Positions 27,235 to 33,638 of a stretch of 33,638 nt of DNA are shown piece after piece (position 1 is the stretch's first letter; each line of letters starts with the position of its first letter). The notes under the pieces were generated by a model. That model was not told the origin of the DNA, ran no database searches, and worked only from the letters and a program-made list of their open reading frames with translations. Origin of the DNA: Eubacteriales bacterium. GTDB taxonomy: Bacteria; Bacillota; Clostridia; Oscillospirales; UMGS1783. The stretch lies in NCBI GenBank assembly GCA_045599805.1, contig JAZRWQ010000107.1, positions 1 through 33,638 of the forward strand. The letters are read 5' to 3'. The translations under genes and the position numbers were made by a program.

Positions 27235-29311
27235 CTTCCGCTTCCTTTTCGAAACCGCACCCCTCACCTAAACAGTGAAGCTTGCCGCCCTTGCGCATTT
27301 CCTTATAAAGCGATTTGCCGCACTTTGGACATGCTTCGGCGGTAGGCTTATCCCAGGTCATGAACTTGCACTGAGGATAATTCTTGCATCCGTAGAAGGT
27401 TTTGCCTTTGCGTGATTTTCTCTCTATTGCGGGAGCGCCGCATACGGGACAGTTGCCCTCGCATTCAACGATAATAGATTTTGTATTACGGCAGGCGGGG
27501 AATCCCGGACAGGCAAGGAACTTACCGTTTCTGCCGTTTCTGATTACCATTTTTCTGCCGCACTTTTCACAGATGACATCGGTTTCCTCTTCGGGCACTT
27601 TGATTTTTACGCCTTCAAGCTTTTTGGAAGCTTTATCAAGAGTTTTTTCAAAATCAACATAGAAATCGGAAAGGACTTTTACCCAGTCGATGCTTCCCTC
27701 TGCTATTTCTTCAAGCTGATTTTCCAAGGATGCCGTAAATTTAACGTTAACTATATCCTTGAAATGTTCAAGCATTATGTTATTAACTATCTTTCCGAGC
27801 TCTGTTGGAATGAGATATCTCTTTTCGCGCTCGACATAATCGCGGCTTATTACGGTCGCAATGGTGGGCGCATATGTGCTCGGACGGCCTATGCCCTTTT
27901 CTTCCATGGTTTTGATGAGCGTGTCATCGGTATATCTGGAGGGCGGCTGTGTGAATTTCTGCTCGGGGGCAAGCTCTTTGAATTTAAGCACACTTCCCTC
28001 CGAAATATTGGGAAGCTTTTTGCCGTTTACAACGGTTTCGTCCTCGGTGTCGGGGTTGAATACTATCGTATGTCCTTTGAAGTTTATAAGCTGGCACTGC
28101 ATTTTAAACAGATAACCGTTAGCTTTTATGGCTATTGCGGTTACGTCATAGGTTGCGGGAACCATCTGACTTGCGATGAATTTAGACCAAATCATCTTAT
28201 AAAGCTTATACTGCTGCGGAGTAAGGCTTGAACGGACGATTTCGGGAGTAAGCTCAACATAGGTGGGACGGATAGCTTCATGCGCATCCTGAGAGGCTTT
28301 GCCCTTCTGATAGGTGTTAGGTCTCGACGGACAATATTCCTTGCCGTAATTTGCAAGGATATAATCACGAGCCGATTTTACCGCATCATCGGATATGCGG
28401 AGCGAGTCGGTACGCATATAAGTTATAAGACCGGTACTGCCGTGACCTGCTATTTCAACGCCCTCGTAGAGCTGCTGAGCTATACGCATGGTTACTTCGG
28501 GACGGAAACCGAGACGGCGCGATGCCTCTCTTTGCATGGTAGAGGTCATATACGGCGGCATTGCCTTGACCGATTTCTTTTTCTTCTCTATTGAATCTAC
28601 GATATAGCTTGCGCCGTCAAGATCACTAAGTATCTTATTGACTTCTTCGGACGTTGAAAGCTCGATCTTTTCCTTTTCGGTGCCGTAGAACGCCGCGGAA
28701 AAGGTTGACGCACCGCTGCCTTTGAATACGGCTGAAAGAGTCCAGTATTCCTCCGGCTTGAACTTTTCGATTTCTACTTCACGGTCACATATAAGCCGCA
28801 TGATGACCGACTGAACACGGCCTGCAGACAGCCCCTTCTTTACCTTTTTCCATAAGAACGGGCTGATTTTATAGCCTACGAGACGGTCAAGCACACGCCT
28901 TGCCTGCTGTGCGTTTACAAGATCGATATTGATGCACCGAGGCTCTTGAATGGCGCTTTTAACCGCTTTTTCGCTTATTTCGTTGAACGTGATTCTGTTC
29001 GCATCGTTTAAATCCAAACCGAGAATGGATGCAAGATGCCACGATATTGCTTCTCCCTCTCTGTCAGGGTCGGTTGCGAGATATACGGCATCATATTTCT
29101 TAACGCTGTTTTTTAAATCCTTGATAAGCTGATATTTACCCGTAATGGAAATATACTTGGGCTTGAAGCCGTTATTCACATCAACGCCGAGGCTGCTTTT
29201 GGGCAGATCTCTTACATGACCCATCGATGCGGTAATATCATATTCATTACCGAGAAATTTTTTTATTGTACCTGCTTTTGCAGGCGACTCTACTATCAAT
29301 AACTTAGCCAA
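27221..29311 (-). CDS. topA: DNA topoisomerase I
   Basis: IVESPAKA, DPDREGE, SAGRVQS, ITYMRTDS, AHEAIRPT, C-terminal Zn ribbons; TTG start with AGGAGG SD. Confidence 0.98.
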   Translation of the reverse strand: MAKLLIVESPAKAGTIKKFLGNEYDITASMGHVRDLPKSSLGVDVNNGFKPKYISITGKYQLIKDLKNSVKKYDAVYLATDPDREGEAISWHLASILGLDLNDANRITFNEISEKAVKSAIQEPRCINIDLVNAQQARRVLDRLVGYKISPFLWKKVKKGLSAGRVQSVIMRLICDREVEIEKFKPEEYWTLSAVFKGSGASTFSAAFYGTEKEKIELSTSEEVNKILSDLDGASYIVDSIEKKKKSVKAMPPYMTSTMQREASRRLGFRPEVTMRIAQQLYEGVEIAGHGSTGLITYMRTDSLRISDDAVKSARDYILANYGKEYCPSRPNTYQKGKASQDAHEAIRPTYVELTPEIVRSSLTPQQYKLYKMIWSKFIASQMVPATYDVTAIAIKANGYLFKMQCQLINFKGHTIVFNPDTEDETVVNGKKLPNISEGSVLKFKELAPEQKFTQPPSRYTDDTLIKTMEEKGIGRPSTYAPTIATVISRDYVEREKRYLIPTELGKIVNNIMLEHFKDIVNVKFTASLENQLEEIAEGSIDWVKVLSDFYVDFEKTLDKASKKLEGVKIKVPEEETDVICEKCGRKMVIRNGRNGKFLACPGFPACRNTKSIIVECEGNCPVCGAPAIERKSRKGKTFYGCKNYPQCKFMTWDKPTAEACPKCGKSLYKEMRKGGKLHCLGEGCGFEKEAEDAKK

Positions 29312-29324
29312 TTGGAAAATCCTC

Positions 29325-30470
29325 CTATATTATAACGCCTTTACTGAGTGCAACTATTCCACCCGGCTTTTCCGTTATTATGCCCTTTATTTCTAAATCT
29401 GTCAACACCAAAATTAATTCGGCTATGGGAATATCTGTAATTTCAGACAGTGCGGAGGGGTCGTACTCACCCTTCTTCAAAGCCCCGATAACCGCGGCAG
29501 CATTGACATTTTCGATATTTGAGACATCCGGAATTTCCATATTCTTTTCTTTAGAAAATTTTTTCTTTTCAATCACTTCAGAGAAGAGATTTCCGTACTC
29601 GGACAGTATATCCATGGCGTTTCGCGTTAATTTTGCACCGTCGGAAATAAGGTCGTTAGTACCCTCGCTCATAGCCGATGTTATATCACCGGGAACGGCA
29701 AATACATCCCGGTTATACTCCGCCGCCCATTTTACGGTTATCATCGTGCCGCTTTTCTTCATCGCCTCAACCACAAGCACACCGTCGCTCATACCGGCAA
29801 GAAGCCGGTTGCGCTGCTGGAAGTGGAACGGAAGATTCTTTTCGCCGGGTAAAAATTCCGAAATGACGCATCCGTTTTCTATTATATCGTAATACAGCAT
29901 AAAATTACTCTGCGGATATATGACATCCACCCCGCCGCCTAAAAAAGCTATCGTTCTTCCGCCCACCTTTACAACTGCGCTCTGTGCGGCGGCATCTACA
30001 CCGTCCGCCATACCGCTTACAACGGTACACCCGCAATCGGTAAGTTCTCCGGCTATCTTCGTAGCGCAGTCATAGCCGTATTTGGTCATACGGCGCGAGC
30101 CCACTATTGCAATATTCAACGCGGCATCGTCCCATATCGGGCTGCCTTTATAAAAGAACAGAACCGGCGGATTTGGAATGGTTTGAAAGCGCTCCGGATA
30201 ATTATCGTCATATACCGTGCAGATGGATATTTCCTCTTTACTGCACTTATCGAGTATCTCCTGAGCACCGGATAAATCACGATTTTTCTCAAGATTCTCG
30301 ATATCATCGGCGCTCAGCTCCCCTGCCTTTGCAAGCTCTTTCACATCGGCATAGTAAGCGTTTTCGGGCATACCGAAATATTCTGTTATTTTGTTTATTT
30401 TCGCATTGCCGGCACCGAGCGATTCGATAAGCCAGATAAGATATATAACCGAACTGTCGTCAAGTTTCAT
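29325..30470 (-). CDS. dprA: DNA-processing protein DprA
   Basis: YPERF..IPNPP, AIVGSR, VSGMADGVD, RNR, VVEA..KSG, VFAVPG. Start set at ATG 30470 (ATGA overlap with the upstream gene). Confidence 0.95.
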   Translation of the reverse strand: MKLDDSSVIYLIWLIESLGAGNAKINKITEYFGMPENAYYADVKELAKAGELSADDIENLEKNRDLSGAQEILDKCSKEEISICTVYDDNYPERFQTIPNPPVLFFYKGSPIWDDAALNIAIVGSRRMTKYGYDCATKIAGELTDCGCTVVSGMADGVDAAAQSAVVKVGGRTIAFLGGGVDVIYPQSNFMLYYDIIENGCVISEFLPGEKNLPFHFQQRNRLLAGMSDGVLVVEAMKKSGTMITVKWAAEYNRDVFAVPGDITSAMSEGTNDLISDGAKLTRNAMDILSEYGNLFSEVIEKKKFSKEKNMEIPDVSNIENVNAAAVIGALKKGEYDPSALSEITDIPIAELILVLTDLEIKGIITEKPGGIVALSKGVII

Positions 30471-31234
30471 CTGGTCATCTCCCATATACAAATCGAGGCG
30501 GGAACGGCGGCGTTAAGTGACTCCGCCTTATCGGAAATGGGTATATACAATCCGCCGTCACATAAATTTACCGTTTCGGGGTTTAAACCGTTGCCCTCAT
30601 TGCCTATTGCGATACATACGCCGTTCTTCAAATCATATTCATTTATTTTACGCGCCGCCTCATTAAGTATCGCGGCATATATCTTATTGCCTTTTTTCTT
30701 AAGAGCGTTTAACGCATCCTTGGTTTCCGAAAACTGAAATACCGGAATATTAAGGCAGGCGCCCATACTTCCGCGCAGTACCTTTCCGGAATATATATCA
30801 CAGCCGCCGCAGATTACCACACCGTCAAGGTCGAATGCCGCCGCAGAGCGGATTATTGCACCGAGATTACCCGGATCCTGTATATCCTCAAGAAGAATAT
30901 ATTTACCGTTTTTCATACCCGACTCGCTTCTGTATTCGATAACGCCGCAGGCTATTACGGACGGAGCATTGTCAAGCTCGGATATCTTTTGCATTACGGC
31001 ACTGCTGCACAGAAACCGTTCATCTGCACACACCCCGAATGTATCGAAATATGCACCCGTTAGAGCTTCATTTATAAACAGATATTTAATTTTTATTCCA
31101 GACTTATATGCTTCTTTAACTAAAGAATCGCCTTCAATAAGAAAAAGTCCCTCTTTAATACGTGCACTCTTACGGCATAGTGATGCCGCAAGCTTGACCG
31201 TTTTGTTATTGAGGCTCGTTATTTTTTCTATCAT
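30467..31234 (-). CDS. TrmH/SpoU-family RNA methyltransferase
   Basis: ITSLNN, IEG, QDPGNLGAIIRSA, GNEGNG, ESLNAA. Confidence 0.93.
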   Translation of the reverse strand: MIEKITSLNNKTVKLAASLCRKSARIKEGLFLIEGDSLVKEAYKSGIKIKYLFINEALTGAYFDTFGVCADERFLCSSAVMQKISELDNAPSVIACGVIEYRSESGMKNGKYILLEDIQDPGNLGAIIRSAAAFDLDGVVICGGCDIYSGKVLRGSMGACLNIPVFQFSETKDALNALKKKGNKIYAAILNEAARKINEYDLKNGVCIAIGNEGNGLNPETVNLCDGGLYIPISDKAESLNAAVPASICIWEMTR

Positions 31235-31299
31235 GGCATACTCCGAAAATGATTTTTCTTAATTATATACATATAAAAACGCAAATGTAAATAAAAAGT

Positions 31300-31353
31300 T
31301 TCAATATTTATTCAAATCAATTTCAAAAAAACATCACATTGGGATAATATAAT
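31300..31353 (+). promoter_or_regulatory. htrA promoter with four phased direct repeats (putative OmpR-family operator)
   Basis: TTCAAT/TTCAAA/TTCAAA/ATCACA starting at 31300, 31311, 31322, 31333; TATAAT at 31348-31353; no -35 match at the expected position. Confidence 0.6.
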
Positions 31354-31383
31354 ATCGCCAGAAAGTTTAAGGAGGTATTTGAT

Positions 31384-32637
31384 ATGTCTGATTTTGAAAA
31401 CAATGAAAACAACGAAAAACAGACCAGATTATACAATAACAACACCACGGAATTTGCTCCGATCATAGAAGCCGAGCCGACTATATATCCCGAAGCCGCA
31501 AAAACAAAAAAGAAAGAAAAAGGCGGCGGAATACTTACCGCGGCAATAATAATAAGTATCGTGCTCTCAATAGCATTCGGCATCGGCGGCGGAGTTATCA
31601 CCTATTCGATAATGAACAGGATAAACCGCATAAGCGTTAAGGAAAATGAACTCACCAACACCGATCCTACACAGATTATTCAGAATTTATATCTGTCTGA
31701 GGAATCACTTAACACGGCGCAGATCGCAAAAACCGCATCACCGTCGGTAGTTGCGATATACACAGAATCGGTTGAGACCTCATTCTTTATGCAGCAGTTC
31801 ATCACCGAGGGTGCGGGAAGCGGTGTTATATTCACCGAGGACGGTTATATAATCACCAATAACCATATAACCGAAGGCACTCGAAAAATCACCGTTGAAC
31901 TGCAAAACGGCAAGGAATACGATGCTGTTCTGCTCGGTGCAGACAGCGAAAATGACCTTGCGCTTATTAAGATTGATGCCACGGGACTTACACCCGTTTC
32001 ACTCGGCGATTCAGATGAGCTGGTAGTCGGACAGAAAGCCATTGCGATAGGCAATCCGCTCGGCACTCTGGGCGGCACAGTTACCGAGGGAATCGTAAGC
32101 GCACTTGACAGAGAGATGACCATTGAAGGGCAGCAGATGACTTTACTGCAGACTTCTGCCGCAATAAATCCCGGCAACTCTGGCGGCGGACTTTTTGACG
32201 AAAATGCAAACCTTATCGGCGTTGTGAATTCCAAGACCGCAGGCATGGAAATTGAAGGTCTCGGATTTGCGATTCCCGTGGACACCGTGAAGGAAGTTTA
32301 CGAAAATCTTAAAGAAAACGGCTCTGCTCCGGCACAAGGCGCTGTTAAGCTCGGAATAACCGCCATTACGATAGACGATATGGACAAGGCGCGTTACTAC
32401 GGAGTAGATGAACTGGGCGTTTACATTTACAGCGTTGAGATGTCCTCCAATGCCGCACGCGCCGGATTCCGTCCCGGCGACAGAATCATTTCGATAAACG
32501 ATGAAAAGATGGAAACCTCCGACGACATTGCCGAGATAATAGCCAAAGCAAACGTAGGCGACAACATGACTATAACATATGAGCGCGACGGACGTGAAAC
32601 CACCGTTTCCATACTTCTTGCCGCATCGGGAGAATAA
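31384..32637 (+). CDS. htrA: HtrA/DegP-family membrane-anchored serine protease with PDZ domain
   Basis: TM segment, GSGVI, TNNH, DLAL, AIGNPLG, AINPGNSGG, single PDZ; AAGGAGG SD. Confidence 0.95.
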   Translation: MSDFENNENNEKQTRLYNNNTTEFAPIIEAEPTIYPEAAKTKKKEKGGGILTAAIIISIVLSIAFGIGGGVITYSIMNRINRISVKENELTNTDPTQIIQNLYLSEESLNTAQIAKTASPSVVAIYTESVETSFFMQQFITEGAGSGVIFTEDGYIITNNHITEGTRKITVELQNGKEYDAVLLGADSENDLALIKIDATGLTPVSLGDSDELVVGQKAIAIGNPLGTLGGTVTEGIVSALDREMTIEGQQMTLLQTSAAINPGNSGGGLFDENANLIGVVNSKTAGMEIEGLGFAIPVDTVKEVYENLKENGSAPAQGAVKLGITAITIDDMDKARYYGVDELGVYIYSVEMSSNAARAGFRPGDRIISINDEKMETSDDIAEIIAKANVGDNMTITYERDGRETTVSILLAASGE

Positions 32638-32642
32638 TTTAT

Positions 32643-32731
32643 AAAGCCCGCTAAAGTCGGAAACTCCAAGGGATATACACAGTATTAAGTTGTCTCTTGG
32701 GGTTATCCCGATTTTCTGACGGGCTTTTCTT
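32643..32731 (+). other. Long imperfect RNA hairpin (extended terminator or structured RNA)
   Basis: Stacked helices AAAGCCCG/CGGGCTTT, AAAGTCGG/CCGATTTT, AACTCCAAGGGATA/TGTCTCTTGGGGTT with several G-U pairs; T-rich tail. Confidence 0.7.
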
Positions 32732-32758
32732 GATTTATGGTGATATTTGTTTTATACT
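32730..32758 (+). promoter_or_regulatory. Sigma-A promoter of the two-component operon
   Basis: TTGATT, 17 nt, TATACT. Confidence 0.65.
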
Positions 32759-32779
32759 TACTGTAAAGGATGTGATAAC

Positions 32780-33454
32780 ATGCCTAAACTTCTTATCGTT
32801 GACGATGAAGAGAATATAAGAAAAATCATAACGAAATATGCCGCAATGGAAAACTACGATGTCAAGGAGGCCGCAAACGGGCTGACTGCGATAGAGTTAT
32901 GCAAAAAGAACGATTTCGACCTTATTGTAATGGATATAATGATGCCGGAGCTGGACGGTTTTTCGGCAAGCCGCGAAATACGGAAATTCAGCGATGTGCC
33001 GATAATAGTTCTGTCGGCACGCGGCGAAGAATATGACAAGATACACGGATTTGAAACCGGCATAGACGACTACGTTGTAAAGCCGTTTTCTCCCAGAGAG
33101 CTGCTTTTGCGCATAAATGCCATACTCTCCCGCAGAGTAGGCAAAAAATCCGAAGATCAAACTGACGTATATGAAAAGGAAGGGCTTAAAATAGACTTTA
33201 CCGGAAGGATAGTTTATATCGACGGTGCCCCTGTTTCCATGACGCCTAAGGAATATGAACTTTTATTTTATATGGTGCGCAATAAAAACATAGCTCTGTC
33301 AAGAGAAAAGCTTATAAGCGATATATGGGGTTATGACTTCTTTGGAGATGACAGAACACTTGACACGCACATAAAGCTTTTGAGAAAGAGCCTTGGGGAT
33401 TACAGCAAATTTATAGTTACCCTGAGAGGAATGGGATACAGATTTGAAGGCTGA
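32780..33454 (+). CDS. OmpR/PhoB-family response regulator
   Basis: LIVDDE, DIMMP, LSAR, DDYVVKPF, winged helix LLFY...WGYD...RTLDTHIK...GMGYRF. Start set at ATG 32780 after AAAGGA. Confidence 0.95.
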   Translation: MPKLLIVDDEENIRKIITKYAAMENYDVKEAANGLTAIELCKKNDFDLIVMDIMMPELDGFSASREIRKFSDVPIIVLSARGEEYDKIHGFETGIDDYVVKPFSPRELLLRINAILSRRVGKKSEDQTDVYEKEGLKIDFTGRIVYIDGAPVSMTPKEYELLFYMVRNKNIALSREKLISDIWGYDFFGDDRTLDTHIKLLRKSLGDYSKFIVTLRGMGYRFEG

Positions 33455-33638
33455 TAAGAAAAAAATAAGCATAAAATGGCAGATATTTTTCTCGTTTGTT
33501 ATTTTTGCAGCAATATCGCTCGCCTTAATTTGGCTTATGGAAACGGTTTTCTTAAACAAATTCTATGAAGTGACGAAAACGGCATCCATGAAGAAAGCCG
33601 CCCAAAACATAGAAGAAAATATCGGCAATGAAAAACTG
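33444..33638 (+). CDS. Probable sensor histidine kinase, N-terminus only (truncated by the window edge)
   Basis: TTG at 33444 overlaps the regulator stop. MKADKKKISIKWQIFFSFVIFAAISLALIWLMETVFLNKFY... is a basic N-terminus plus TM1, open to the window end. Kinase domains are not visible. Confidence 0.8.
   Translation, partial: MKADKKKISIKWQIFFSFVIFAAISLALIWLMETVFLNKFYEVTKTASMKKAAQNIEENIGNEKL

Noticed and set aside
13446-30430. Many plus-strand ORFs, including 287 aa at 14640 and 283 aa at 23143
   Set aside because: All lie opposite well-supported housekeeping genes and lack domains or SDs.
1-33638. CRISPR arrays, tRNA/rRNA genes, transposases, integrases, phage or defence genes
   Set aside because: None seen by eye; intergenic gaps are short (under about 300 nt) and accounted for.

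Overview
A mostly housekeeping region from a low-GC Gram-positive bacterium. Gene order and sigma-A promoters suggest Clostridia, probably Ruminococcaceae/Oscillospiraceae-like (inference). It opens with the 5' part of alaS under a T-box leader, a lone divergent GH36/clan GH-D-like glycoside hydrolase, nfo-like/efp/CD1247-like genes, divergent tmcAL/ackA, and murC. A long minus-strand block follows: TrmH-family methylase, dprA, topA, trmFO, plsX, acpP, rnc, radical SAM, smc, ftsY, rdgB, yhbY, nadD, yqeK, rsfS, leuS, rpsU, pseudouridine synthase, aminotransferase, DUF6514-like, nrdR and a small membrane ORF. The window ends with htrA, an OmpR-family regulator and a truncated histidine kinase. 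alaS, rpsU and the kinase are missing from the ORF track and were read by hand. I found no CRISPR, tRNA, rRNA or transposase, and no unambiguous new multi-gene system. The best leads are: the GH with altered active-site motifs, bounded by a 12-bp direct repeat; an 85-nt G-U-rich hairpin after htrA; an 11-bp-phased repeat array at the htrA promoter; a sigma-F-like promoter with an SD-sequestering leader on the DUF6514-like gene; overlapping tmcAL/ackA promoters; and an NrdR with a changed DNA-binding motif. Family assignments come from motif recognition, not database searches.
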